Below are positions 23,075-32,000 of a stretch of DNA of 32,000 bases, piece by piece. The position numbers and the translations under genes are program-made. The stretch's first letter is position 1; every line of letters starts with the position of its first letter. The stretch is from Candidatus Lokiarchaeum ossiferum (lineage in GTDB: Archaea > Asgardarchaeota > Lokiarchaeia > Sigyniarchaeales > Promethearchaeaceae). The notes beneath the pieces are model-generated. The model was not told where the DNA came from. It ran no database searches and saw only the letters and a program-made list of their open reading frames with translations. The DNA lies in assembly GCA_025839675.1 (NCBI GenBank), contig CP104013.1, forward strand, positions 4,620,001-4,652,000. The letters run 5' to 3'.

Positions 23075-23872
23075 TCAATCAAATTGTGTCTTTTTCCAAT
23101 CTTCAAGGGCCACTTTGACCGATCGAACCATTTCGTGGGAATAATCGGAACCAGTTTTCATTAAATAATAATGCTGACCCAAATTTGTAGCTTCTCCCAA
23201 AAATTTTCGTGTTTTATAACGTGTTTCGAGGGTTTCGGAGTACATATCTTCGAATTCTTCTGCAGATAATTGTTTATATTTATCGTGGAAATGAATGTAT
23301 TGTTGGGGAAATCGGGAGATTAATTTGCGTTTTTCAGGTGCTTGGTCCGATTTTGGATATCCAAAGCAGATCATGGTTATAGGAAAGACATTCATAGGCA
23401 ATCCGAGTAATTCACGTTGAGTCTCAATATTTTCCATGATATCTCCAATATAACAAGATCCTATACCCAGCGCTTCAGCCGCTATAACGGCACTTTGGGC
23501 AGCAATTAGAGCATCACAACTCGCCAACAACAAATCGGATTCTTGGGGGCCTCGAAAAGTGAGCTCATGATCTTTACAATATTGAGGCACTTTGCAATGG
23601 GTGAAGTAATCATACCATCTTTGCATATCAGCCAAAAAAACCAATACTAACGGTGCTTTTGCAATAAAGGGTTGATTATCACACGATTTTACCAGTTTTT
23701 CTTTTACTTCTTGCTTGGTTACCTCGATGATAGAATACATCATCATATTTCCGGCCGTGGGGGCTCGCATGGCACTATGTATGAGTGTATCAATTATTTC
23801 TGGTGGAATTGGTTTATCTTGATATGCCCTGACAGATCTTCGATATTTTAGAGTTTTTATGGTTTCGTTCAT
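23075..23872 (-). CDS. Nitroreductase-family flavoprotein
   Basis: RRSVRAYQDKPIPPEIIDTLIHSAMRAPTAGNMMMYSIIEV is a classic nitroreductase N-terminus, and ALGIGSCYIG appears later. The track starts at TTG 23884, but ATG at 23870-23872 (MNETIK...) is likelier. Confidence 0.85.
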   Translation of the reverse strand: MNETIKTLKYRRSVRAYQDKPIPPEIIDTLIHSAMRAPTAGNMMMYSIIEVTKQEVKEKLVKSCDNQPFIAKAPLVLVFLADMQRWYDYFTHCKVPQYCKDHELTFRGPQESDLLLASCDALIAAQSAVIAAEALGIGSCYIGDIMENIETQRELLGLPMNVFPITMICFGYPKSDQAPEKRKLISRFPQQYIHFHDKYKQLSAEEFEDMYSETLETRYKTRKFLGEATNLGQHYYLMKTGSDYSHEMVRSVKVALEDWKKTQFD

Positions 23873-23923
23873 AGTTTTCAACAATTTTCTTTCATTAATT
23901 AATAGGTTTATGATGGTTATTTC

Positions 23924-24295
23924 TTAGTCTAAATAAAAAATGAGGTCTTCAATGTGTGATATACGGTATTTTTGATTTTCAGCATCTAGGGTTTCCAATT
24001 GGCCTCGGATCACAACTTTTTGGCCTATAAAGCGTTCTGGATTAGCCATTGTGGTTTTTATGAGGCGATTGTTTTTTTTGTTGTGGTAATAGATGCAAGA
24101 TTTCGTGAGATTTCCCGACCATCCCATTTGGGTTGTACTTAAAGTGACTAGAATTCTCTTCCCACTTTCGGTTTTTATCCCCAGTTTATAAAAATCTGTG
24201 ACTCCCTTACTACTGGCATGTTGATAGGAATGAGGACTAGATGCTTTAGCTAGTACTCCTTTAATGGTGGAATTGGTTCGGTTGGGTTGTGGCAT
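23924..24295 (-). CDS. Small hypothetical protein (about 123 aa)
   Basis: The track ORF extends to 24457, but its first 54 codons are hydrophobic, low-complexity and overlap the divergent MFS gene. ATG at 24293-24295 (MPQPNRTNSTIKGVL...) gives a compact protein. No family recognised; the OB-fold-like impression is too weak to rely on. Confidence 0.5.
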   Translation of the reverse strand: MPQPNRTNSTIKGVLAKASSPHSYQHASSKGVTDFYKLGIKTESGKRILVTLSTTQMGWSGNLTKSCIYYHNKKNNRLIKTTMANPERFIGQKVVIRGQLETLDAENQKYRISHIEDLIFYLD

Positions 24296-24427
24296 ATAGA
24301 TCAATTTGTAGAATCCGAAGATTTTATGAAAGAGTATTATTAAATGTTTGGAAAAATACATCTTGTTCGCATGTATATAATTCAAACATTTCGTGTGTCT
24401 AATTAAGAAGGGTACATTAAAGAAATT

Positions 24428-25807
24428 ATGGAAACATACGAAGGCAAAAGTGATCATCCGATTGTGAAATCAAAAGTAGGTGGGTCACGGATGTTTATTG
24501 GCTTGTCATCCTTTCAAATGCTCGCCATGTTTCGAAGAGGGCTTTTTTATACCTTTTTATCTATTTACATGAGATACTATCTTGAATTAACAGTAACTCA
24601 AACAACTCTTTATGCAACTTTACCGATGGTAGCCAGTAGCATTTGTCAAATGTTTGTATGGGGTCGAATATCCGATCGATTGCAAAAAAGAAGAACTTTG
24701 ATTATTATCGGGGAAGTAATCGCGGGGATTTTACTTTTAATCACCTTTTGGGTGCATAGAGCTTTTGATAATTTGACGACCGCTGGTTTTGTGATTATCA
24801 TCGGATTAACAGTTATTGAGGTCTTTTGGTCAATGTCCAACATTGGTTGGAGTGCTTTAGTAAGTGATCTTTATCCTTCTAAAGAACGTAGTCGTGTTAT
24901 GGCGCAATTGACTAGTATTGGTGGAATAGGTCGTATACTTGGCATCTTTTTGGGGGGGTTTCTATACGAAGGATTTTTCACCTTTAATTATGAAGGATGG
25001 GGTTTTCGAGAAGGAATTCTATTTTACTTAGCGGCTGCTGCGATGTTTCTTTCTACTCTACCGATGATTTTTATGGTTCCTGAAGGAGGGGTATCTTCAA
25101 AAATTGATGCTGATAATGCTTCCCTAACAGAACCTCAGTTACACGTCTCTGCAACAGATCAGCAAAATTCCAAGGAAAACTCTTCTCGTCTTCTAATAAT
25201 TTTTGTGATCTTCATCATATCGATGGTTTTCATTAACTTTGGACGAAATTCGGTAGCAGTGACTTATTCACAATACCTGAATATTGAAGGATTATTTTCA
25301 GTTGATGTAAATTCTCGTATGATTAGTTACATAGCAAATGTGCGTTCGTTCGCAACTATTCTTGTAGGTATTTTTGCTGGGCGTCTTAGTAAGAAATTCG
25401 GTCATGGTATCACATTGCTTATTGGAAGTGCTATGGCGTTATTTTATCTTTTCCTCACTGCTATTGGATCCCAATTATGGGTAATTTTCTTTGGAAGTTT
25501 TCTCGCAGGTGCTTCAGAAGTGATTATTATGGCTGCTGCGTATGCTTTTGCTGCGGATCTGATACCTGAAACCCGACGAGCAAAGTTATTTGGGATATAT
25601 AATGCAACATTTTTCTTATCGTGGGGATTAGCTAGCACTTTAGTAACTGGGCCTTTAGTAGATTCTTTAATTTCACAAGGAAATTCTGATCAATTTGCTT
25701 ATCAAGCAGGTTTTTATGTTGGAATGACCATTACATTTGTTGGAATGCTCATCTTTGGCGGTTTATTGTTCTATAAAAAGAAAAAAATGGATATTATCAA
25801 TGAATAA
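24428..25807 (+). CDS. Major facilitator superfamily transporter
   Basis: 459-aa ORF (alternative ATG at 24491, MFIGLSS...). It has about 12 hydrophobic helices with a central hydrophilic loop, and the MFS motif-A-like WGRISDRLQKRR between TM2 and TM3. Confidence 0.8.
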   Translation: METYEGKSDHPIVKSKVGGSRMFIGLSSFQMLAMFRRGLFYTFLSIYMRYYLELTVTQTTLYATLPMVASSICQMFVWGRISDRLQKRRTLIIIGEVIAGILLLITFWVHRAFDNLTTAGFVIIIGLTVIEVFWSMSNIGWSALVSDLYPSKERSRVMAQLTSIGGIGRILGIFLGGFLYEGFFTFNYEGWGFREGILFYLAAAAMFLSTLPMIFMVPEGGVSSKIDADNASLTEPQLHVSATDQQNSKENSSRLLIIFVIFIISMVFINFGRNSVAVTYSQYLNIEGLFSVDVNSRMISYIANVRSFATILVGIFAGRLSKKFGHGITLLIGSAMALFYLFLTAIGSQLWVIFFGSFLAGASEVIIMAAAYAFAADLIPETRRAKLFGIYNATFFLSWGLASTLVTGPLVDSLISQGNSDQFAYQAGFYVGMTITFVGMLIFGGLLFYKKKKMDIINE

Positions 25808-25864
25808 ATATTTTTTAGATATTTTTTAATCTAATTTACGTATATTTTTGCTTTTCCAAAATTA

Positions 25865-27211
25865 TCACTTGAATTGCGACAAGATTTTCTTTTCTGGGAG
25901 ATTTAGGATTGGTGCCAGATATCGGGCAACATTTTTCTGATATTTAAGATGGAGTGCTAAACTTGGTTTTATTGTGCGCATGATGTCGTTTAGGGATGTT
26001 CGATATAGTTTTTGAAGTGTTAATGCAATTTCATCATCCGGAGCGGCTCGAAAGCGAAACCATCGTGGAGGTCTAACTCGAGATTTTGGCATTAGGTTAT
26101 CACTTTTCGCATAACGAATACCTCCCAAAATATCAAAGAAATAACTTAAATGGGCATAATCTTGAGTTCTACCAATAATTCCAAGTAATCTATCTGCTAA
26201 TGCTAAATTATCGTAAGCAAAGGCAATATCCACTTTTTTTGTGACATAATTCAAAAGGTTTTCATTTATCCACTTGTGGATCGTCCGGAAATCAATATCC
26301 CGTCCGATTATATCATCGATAGCTGCTTTGGCTGACCTTAAAGATGTAGATAGAAATAGATTTTGCATAAATTTTTGAACATCTGCCTCCGAATCTCGCT
26401 TATTATTAAGGTTTTTTAGCATATCTTCTTCAATTCCTGTCATTCCTTGGGCTATTCCTTGTAAATCATTAATGGCCGATCGATAATCACCATGGGCCGA
26501 TTGTGCTAAAGTTTTAATTTGTTCGGTTGTCAATGCTATATTTTCTAATTTTGAAATACGATTCAAAAGGGTTGCAATTTCAGCAGGTGATGCTGTTGGA
26601 ACTTCAATGAGGGGAGAAGCCAGAGTATATAGAGATTTGAACTTGTTATCATCTCTAAAATTGCATGTCATAATAATAGGATATTTAGAATAACCGATAA
26701 TTTTTTCCAAAGTGGCGACTCCCCCTCGATCACTTTGACCGTGGATTCCATCGACTTCGTCTATTAAAATGAGTTTGTTTTTAACTTTTTTTTGAGTAAA
26801 AGAGAGGAGATTTGTGGATTTGACTGTTTCTTGTAGTTTACTATTAAGTGCATCTTCAGTGCGTGCATCGGATGCGTTCAATTCAATCACACTCATCTTA
26901 TAATCTCTAGCTAAGGCATACACTGTGGTTGTTTTTCCAACTCCTGGTGGTCCAATGAGGATTCGAGCTTTGCTTTTCAAAATTTTGGATTGATGAGATT
27001 TTATTTTTAGCGTTAATTTTTTTTGTTCCCGCTTATCAGTTGTCATTTTCAGTTGTTTTTGGAAAACTTTTAGCTCTTTTTGTAATCGAAAGAAATCCTC
27101 AAGAAACTTACGGAGCATGACATTTATCTTTTCAAATCCCACCATTTCTTTGGTTGTTTGTGGGCGATATTTTTCAACCCATGGAATATCTTGAGTGGAT
27201 GAAGTTGACAT
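25865..27211 (-). CDS. rfcL: Replication factor C large subunit
   Basis: 448-aa ORF with ATG at 27209-27211, preceded by AGGAG (27222-27226 on the minus strand). It has IPWVEKYRP, the P-loop GPPGVGKTTTVYALA, IELNASD, Walker B LILIDEVD, PIIMTCN and SAHGDYRSAINDLQ. It carries a Lys-rich insertion before the P-loop compared with the Pyrococcus RFCL I remember. Confidence 0.85.
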   Translation of the reverse strand: MSTSSTQDIPWVEKYRPQTTKEMVGFEKINVMLRKFLEDFFRLQKELKVFQKQLKMTTDKREQKKLTLKIKSHQSKILKSKARILIGPPGVGKTTTVYALARDYKMSVIELNASDARTEDALNSKLQETVKSTNLLSFTQKKVKNKLILIDEVDGIHGQSDRGGVATLEKIIGYSKYPIIMTCNFRDDNKFKSLYTLASPLIEVPTASPAEIATLLNRISKLENIALTTEQIKTLAQSAHGDYRSAINDLQGIAQGMTGIEEDMLKNLNNKRDSEADVQKFMQNLFLSTSLRSAKAAIDDIIGRDIDFRTIHKWINENLLNYVTKKVDIAFAYDNLALADRLLGIIGRTQDYAHLSYFFDILGGIRYAKSDNLMPKSRVRPPRWFRFRAAPDDEIALTLQKLYRTSLNDIMRTIKPSLALHLKYQKNVARYLAPILNLPEKKILSQFK

Positions 27212-27228
27212 TCTTTGAATTCTCCTAA

Positions 27229-28308
27229 TTAATTAATGGCCTTGCCAATCATGGCCATTTGTGATAATAATTTGTTTAGTTGAATTTCATCATCATTGGA
27301 ATCTATGGATTCAAAATCAGTCTTAGCTATCATATCCAGATAGAAGGCTCGTAAATGACGCTCCAATGGGAGAGTCATTATAACTTGACTTAATTCGAGT
27401 AAAATTTGTTCTTTTGAGAGATTGTTTGATCGAAATATTTCCCGTAAGGTTTTTCGGATTGCCTTGAAATTGCTGGTAATCGTTTGAGTGAACAATTCTC
27501 GAATGAGTTTATAATTCATTTCGTGACTCATTGTTGAAAGATGTTCTAGGGTAATAAAATTAAATCGTAATTTAGTAAGTTGAAGCAGATCCAATGCCTT
27601 TCCAATATTATTTTGACTCATCCTTTGCAAGTAGTTTAAAATATCAAGTTTGATGGGGATTTTTTCTTGATCACAGACGCTTTTAATAAATTTGTTGAAA
27701 AGATGTGGAGGAACATGAGGGATCATGATCAACTGGCATCGTGAGATTATTGGGTCGATGATGCCTGAAATACGATCAGTAATTAAAATCATGCGACAAT
27801 TTTTCGAATATTGCTCCATTATTCGCCGAAACGCTTGTTGCTCCACATCCAGTTTATGAAAATTTTTAATCGCCAAGATTTTAAAGGGTGATTCTCCAAA
27901 TTTTTTGGTAGCCACAAAGGGGCGGACTCGAATTTGGATAAAAGGGCGATAGTTTTTTACAACTCCTGCACCCGATCCAATATGTTTTGTTGAAACCCGT
28001 CCTTGTCTCTTCGATAAGTCTCGTTCGGATTTACCAATTGGATCATCGGCAAATAAAAGCTTGAAATTCAGATCAAATTCGCTGTTTAGCATTTCTCGAG
28101 CTAAAATTTCTGCCAATAGTGTCTTACCGCATCCTTCAGGTCCCACTAACATAAGATGTGGTATGTTGTTCTGTGCGATAAACCCACTAAATTGTTGAGC
28201 AACTTGCCGGTAATATAATCGAATATCTTGTAAAGATCGAGGGCGGTATTTAATTCGCCAGAGAGGACTTTGATCTTCTGCAATGGGTTTTAATTCATCT
28301 GAGATCAT
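27229..28308 (-). CDS. RFC small-subunit paralog with degenerate Walker B and an internal insertion
   Basis: The likely start, ATG 28306-28308 (MISDELKP...), overlaps the upstream stop as ATGA. It has PLWRIKYRP, the P-loop GPEGCGKT, and FADDP in place of NASD. An insertion of about 45 aa follows (IGKSERDLSKRQGRVSTKHIGSGAGVVKNYRPFIQIRVRPFVATKKFGES). FKILAIKNFHKLD stands where FKIIFLDEAD is expected. QQAFRRIME and the SRC motif IISRCQ are retained. Confidence 0.8.
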   Translation of the reverse strand: MISDELKPIAEDQSPLWRIKYRPRSLQDIRLYYRQVAQQFSGFIAQNNIPHLMLVGPEGCGKTLLAEILAREMLNSEFDLNFKLLFADDPIGKSERDLSKRQGRVSTKHIGSGAGVVKNYRPFIQIRVRPFVATKKFGESPFKILAIKNFHKLDVEQQAFRRIMEQYSKNCRMILITDRISGIIDPIISRCQLIMIPHVPPHLFNKFIKSVCDQEKIPIKLDILNYLQRMSQNNIGKALDLLQLTKLRFNFITLEHLSTMSHEMNYKLIRELFTQTITSNFKAIRKTLREIFRSNNLSKEQILLELSQVIMTLPLERHLRAFYLDMIAKTDFESIDSNDDEIQLNKLLSQMAMIGKAIN

Positions 28309-29372
28309 GATTGTGGCTCCAATTGTGAAATTAGTTCTGCACATAGACCATCAATTTGAATTGTTGGATCGGCTTCTAAAGTTAATCGGTAATCATATTC
28401 TGCTAAAGTAATAAGTAAATGTTCTAATGTTGGTGTGGAATATTTTTCATTCAAAATTTTCGTCATTATTTGGCGAAACAATCCACGACTGGAAAACCCT
28501 TTGATTTTTCGGATTGTATCAATAGTTTTTTGATACTCACGCTTTTTACAGTTGGTGAATATGTCTTCAATCAGAAACAATGGCAAGAAACCCGATATTT
28601 CATACACAACATCTGGGTTCAAGTTCTTTTCTTGAACTACTCCCTCTGTATCTTCTAATAAAGCGACGGCCATCTGAAATAAATTAATGGCTTGTCGCAT
28701 ATCACCTTTAGATATATAATATATTGCCTCTATTACCTCTTTATTTATGGGTACTTCTTCCTTTTGGGCGATATGTTTAATTTGAATCTCAAAATCTGTT
28801 TTTGGTAGTGGGTAGAATCGGAAAATCGCACATCGACTTAAAATGGGGTCAATTATATTTTCGACATAGTTGCACATGAAAATGAATTTTACATTTGCGG
28901 GAGCCATTTCAATAATACGCCGAAATGCACCTTGCATTTGTCGGGATATATTATCTGCTTCATCTAATATGATAAACTTATATGTGATATTTTCCCCAAT
29001 ACCTGTATGATTGACAAAGTTTTTGATTTCATCTCTGGTGCCCATCCTTACACTATCAGATGCATTCCGCTCTAATATCATATCTTGTGTAATATTTTCC
29101 TTTCCTAAGAGATCGTTTATCAAAGATACTGCTGCCGAAGTTTTTCCAGTGCCAGCAGGTCCGGTGAATATTAAGTGAGGGATCGATTTTTTAGAAACAA
29201 ATTCTTGAAGTGATTGAATAGTCATTGTCTGACTAACAACTTCTTTTAAAGATTGGGGACGATATTTTTCTACCCATGGAATGTCCCGGAGATTTAACTT
29301 GGTTTGAGGCAAATGTGTTTCACTATAATGTTTTTTTTCAACATTCTTTTTCTGGAGGCTTGAAGATACCAT
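28305..29372 (-). CDS. rfcS: Replication factor C small subunit (canonical motifs)
   Basis: 355-aa ORF with ATG at 29370-29372. It has IPWVEKYRP, the P-loop GPAGTGKT, ERNASD, Walker B FIILDEAD, QGAFRRIIE, the SRC motif ILSRCAIFRF and GDMRQAINLFQ. A roughly 30-aa N-terminal extension precedes box II. Confidence 0.9.
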   Translation of the reverse strand: MVSSSLQKKNVEKKHYSETHLPQTKLNLRDIPWVEKYRPQSLKEVVSQTMTIQSLQEFVSKKSIPHLIFTGPAGTGKTSAAVSLINDLLGKENITQDMILERNASDSVRMGTRDEIKNFVNHTGIGENITYKFIILDEADNISRQMQGAFRRIIEMAPANVKFIFMCNYVENIIDPILSRCAIFRFYPLPKTDFEIQIKHIAQKEEVPINKEVIEAIYYISKGDMRQAINLFQMAVALLEDTEGVVQEKNLNPDVVYEISGFLPLFLIEDIFTNCKKREYQKTIDTIRKIKGFSSRGLFRQIMTKILNEKYSTPTLEHLLITLAEYDYRLTLEADPTIQIDGLCAELISQLEPQS

Positions 29373-29543
29373 TCAGAATTTTTTTACACAGCTATATTAT
29401 TTTGCTATCTAAAAAAAAGGCGATCAGTACCCAATTAATAAATTTATTAGATCACATTTAATTAAAATTGTTTTTTTGCAAGCTCTTATTTTCCTCTCTG
29501 TTTAAACCAAAATATCTTTAGGGAATTTTCGAATATAAGGATC

Positions 29544-30113
29544 ATGTCACAAAATTTGCCCGAGGGGTTTCTCATTGGAAAAAAAATTGAATTGCGGCCA
29601 ATGACAAAAGAAATTTTCAAAAATCTTCATCCTTGGATGAATGATCATCGTTCTCGTCGTCTTGCCCGTCATGTTCTTCCAGTTTTGGAAGAGACAACTG
29701 CACATTGGATCCAAGAAGGAAAATCAGCACCTTCAGGGGTAGTTATGGGGATCTGGACAAAGTTCTCCCAAGATTCTCCATCGATCAATATCGGTTTTGT
29801 TTCCATTTTCGAAATTGATTGGATTAATCGTCATGGAGAATTGGGTATAAATCTTCCTAATCCTACCTGCTGGGGACAAGGATATGGTCAAGAAGCTGTG
29901 AATCTTATGTGCCAATTCTCTTTTAGCGAACTCAATTTAGAAAAAGTTATGGCCCATGTTTTAGAAATTAACATCGGTTCTCAGAAATGTATGGAAAAAA
30001 ATAATTTTCATAAAGATGGGACCTTAAGAAATCACCAGTTTATTGATGGAAAATATGAAAACATGACCATCTTTTCTATTTTGCAACATGAATTCAAGCC
30101 TTTAGAACCTTAA
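29544..30113 (+). CDS. GNAT-family N-acetyltransferase (RimJ/RimL-like)
   Basis: 189-aa ORF with ATG at 29544. The acetyl-CoA binding core WGQGYGQEAVNLMCQFSFSELNLEKVMAHV is followed by N.GSQKCMEKNNFHKDGTLR. Confidence 0.8.
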   Translation: MSQNLPEGFLIGKKIELRPMTKEIFKNLHPWMNDHRSRRLARHVLPVLEETTAHWIQEGKSAPSGVVMGIWTKFSQDSPSINIGFVSIFEIDWINRHGELGINLPNPTCWGQGYGQEAVNLMCQFSFSELNLEKVMAHVLEINIGSQKCMEKNNFHKDGTLRNHQFIDGKYENMTIFSILQHEFKPLEP

Positions 30114-30197
30114 TCTTTTTTCTTGAAAAAATATCCACCTATTAAAGTTCGTTAAAATATCTGGTCTAACTTAAAACGAATTGAATACCTTTATTAT

Positions 30198-30683
30198 TTA
30201 TATTTCTTCAACCCAGACTATATTTTGGTCGTAATCAAACTCATATTTAACTTTAACTTCATCAAATTCTTTTAGAGTGATGGCATCATCCAATACTGCT
30301 TGACTGACATAAGCGGGATCGGCATTATTTTCACATTTTGGAAAATTTGGACATCGATAGAATACCAATCTTATTGATATCACTTTGTCCATTTCCAGCT
30401 TGCATTTTTTGCAGTAAGTTCGGAGCATATGTCTTTGTTCTTTGCGTTTCGCCATAATTTCCATAAGAATTTCCTTTTTTTCACTTGAGGAAATGTCTTT
30501 TTTCTTAGCTTTAAATTGAACATTAAACGGGTGGATTAAAGCTTTTTCGGGAGGAAATTCGTCGGAAACAAAATAATTACAATGGAACATGTGTTTTATC
30601 AAAGTAAGATCAAAATTTCTCGGACAAGCATCTTTATTGGCGCATTGCTTGCACAATGATCCATCATTGCTTACTAGCGACAT
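30198..30683 (-). CDS. Cys-rich zinc-ribbon protein (function unknown)
   Basis: 161-aa ORF with ATG at 30681-30683. The clusters are CKQCANKDAC...HMFHC and CKKCKLEM...YRCPNFPKC. The second resembles the C4 finger found at topoisomerase/helicase termini. Confidence 0.6.
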   Translation of the reverse strand: MSLVSNDGSLCKQCANKDACPRNFDLTLIKHMFHCNYFVSDEFPPEKALIHPFNVQFKAKKKDISSSEKKEILMEIMAKRKEQRHMLRTYCKKCKLEMDKVISIRLVFYRCPNFPKCENNADPAYVSQAVLDDAITLKEFDEVKVKYEFDYDQNIVWVEEI

Positions 30684-30802
30684 AGGAATCTGATCTTTAT
30701 AATATTGGAGATTATTTAGTTGCTCTTTTTGAGAAAAAAAATCTATCTAAATTAGATTTTTTATAGAAAACTTTAACTAAATTTTAACACATCTTCTTTT
30801 AG

Positions 30803-31612
30803 ATGACCTCAAGACGATTGGATTTAATACGACTTGATTATGCCTTTGCAGTTTTGATCCCATGTCTTTTGCCAATTTTCATTAATAATTTGAAAATTAT
30901 TCCCCATTTAGACATTTTAATTGGATTTCTTTTCTTATCTATTACTGGTAGTACTTTAAACGACGCTTTGGATCGACGAAATCCACGTGAAAAAGAGACT
31001 ATTGAACGAACTAAAGATTTTCAATGGAAAGAACTAGCGGCTTTATCAATAGTGAGTGGGTGTTTGGGAATTTTTCTTTTCATTCGAACAATTACTGAAA
31101 ATTTAATCAATGCTATTTTCTTTGCTTTAATTATTGGATTTGTTATATTTTACTGCTTGAAAAAAGAAATTCCCATTTTAAACCAGTTTCTGTTAGCGAC
31201 ATCGCATATTATCTTCCCCTATTTGATGATAAAAGCTGATGCTGGATTACTAAATTCATTTCCTACTGTCGGAGAGATTTTCTTTTTACTTGCCCTCCTC
31301 ATTTTCGGGATATGTGGAGAGACTGTGCATGAAATTATTGATTCAGACGCAATTTCTTCTTATTCGTTAAAAAATCAACAAAAAATTGTTCTCATTACCG
31401 CAGTTATTTCAATTGTGTGTTCATTAGTAGCTGGGCTCTTATTGAATGAGCCTGTCGTTTATGCAGTAATGGTAATTCCCATTGGTGTGATTTATGCATT
31501 TCGCAAGCCCACAAAGTCATCTCCTGGTGTTAAGGATATTGGGATAATCATGGGTAATTTGGTGATGTTATTACTCCTTGTGTTGATAATCCAGAAAAAT
31601 TATCAAGAATAA
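30803..31612 (+). CDS. UbiA-like prenyltransferase-family membrane protein (divergent)
   Basis: 269-aa ORF with ATG at 30803 and about 8 hydrophobic helices. NDALDRRNP sits after TM2, where UbiA enzymes carry NDxxDxxxD, and HEIIDSDAI sits at the position of the second Asp-rich motif. The first motif is incomplete, so the assignment is tentative. Confidence 0.4.
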   Translation: MTSRRLDLIRLDYAFAVLIPCLLPIFINNLKIIPHLDILIGFLFLSITGSTLNDALDRRNPREKETIERTKDFQWKELAALSIVSGCLGIFLFIRTITENLINAIFFALIIGFVIFYCLKKEIPILNQFLLATSHIIFPYLMIKADAGLLNSFPTVGEIFFLLALLIFGICGETVHEIIDSDAISSYSLKNQQKIVLITAVISIVCSLVAGLLLNEPVVYAVMVIPIGVIYAFRKPTKSSPGVKDIGIIMGNLVMLLLLVLIIQKNYQE

Positions 31613-31624
31613 TTGTTCATCAAT

Positions 31625-32000
31625 TTATTTTTTTGAAAAAATTATACATATATTCATTATTTTTTTCTGCGGTTGGAAACGAGCATCCATTTTCATCAGT
31701 TTACTTCCCCATAATACAAATTTATCCCAGATTCGATGAAAAATCGGATTTTTTTGGTATCGTGATCGAAGATTTTGAAGATCTTCTTCCATTTTTTCTG
31801 GATTACTCCCTTGAGAAAATTGCGCAAATCGCATAACTTGCCCATATACTCCAAATACGCACACTTCTTTTAATCCCAAGGGTAAAAAGAGATCTCTAAG
31901 TTGGTTGAGTTCATATCTTCGATAATGCCCTATTATTACATCTTGATGAGAGTAGTACTTCATACGATGAGGAACACTTAGGAGTAATGTTCCTTTAGTC
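31625..32000 (-). CDS. SAM-dependent methyltransferase, C-terminal part; the gene continues beyond the window end
   Basis: The track begins at M (31963), but the frame stays open to 32000. It reads ...TKGTLLLSVPHRMKYYSHQDVIIGHYRRYELNQLRDLFLPLGLKEV, which is the G.LLLSVP and GH.RRY region typical of type-11/12 class I methyltransferases. Confidence 0.6.
   Translation of the reverse strand, partial: TKGTLLLSVPHRMKYYSHQDVIIGHYRRYELNQLRDLFLPLGLKEVCVFGVYGQVMRFAQFSQGSNPEKMEEDLQNLRSRYQKNPIFHRIWDKFVLWGSKLMKMDARFQPQKKIMNICIIFSKK

Noticed and set aside
23924-24457. Full 177-aa version of the small minus-strand ORF
   Set aside because: The first 54 codons are Phe/Ile/His-rich noise and overlap the divergent MFS gene start. 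The internal ATG at 24295 gives a more credible 123-aa product.

Overview
This is an AT-rich, gene-dense archaeal chromosomal window. The archaeal assignment rests on an archaeal-type AlaRS N-terminus, TFB, RFC large and small subunits, and Lrp/AsnC regulators. GGAG/AGGAG Shine-Dalgarno-like motifs are present, and several genes have forced GTG/TTG starts. WD40, TPR, long coiled-coil and many orphan polytopic membrane proteins in a low-GC background remind me of Asgard (Loki-like) genomes, but that attribution is inference only. I call about 27 protein genes (two cut by the window edges) and one decayed HAD-hydrolase pseudogene. I found no rRNA, tRNA, CRISPR array, transposase or integrase, and no recognisable defence, toxin or mobile system. 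The observations most worth a second look are these. (1) A translationally coupled three-gene clamp-loader operon whose middle gene is an RFC small-subunit paralog with an intact P-loop and SRC motif, no acidic Walker B, and an insertion. (2) A TFB gene whose zinc-ribbon first half lies upstream of any canonical in-frame start and is reachable from a nearby ATG only by a +1 shift in an A-run. (3) A membrane-anchored 681-aa coiled-coil protein built partly from three exact 294-nt (14-heptad) repeats, co-transcribed with an orphan-domain/TPR protein and next to tandem 7-TM paralogs. (4) A TGGAAA-W-TTTCCA palindrome placed directly 5' of TATA-like boxes in the two longest non-coding regions. (5) A GC-elevated, hairpin-rich non-coding island upstream of the WD40 gene. 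(6) A 1.4-kb gene-poor stretch holding the pseudogene and two hairpin-plus-oligo-T units. All homology calls come from motif recognition by eye, since no searches were run.
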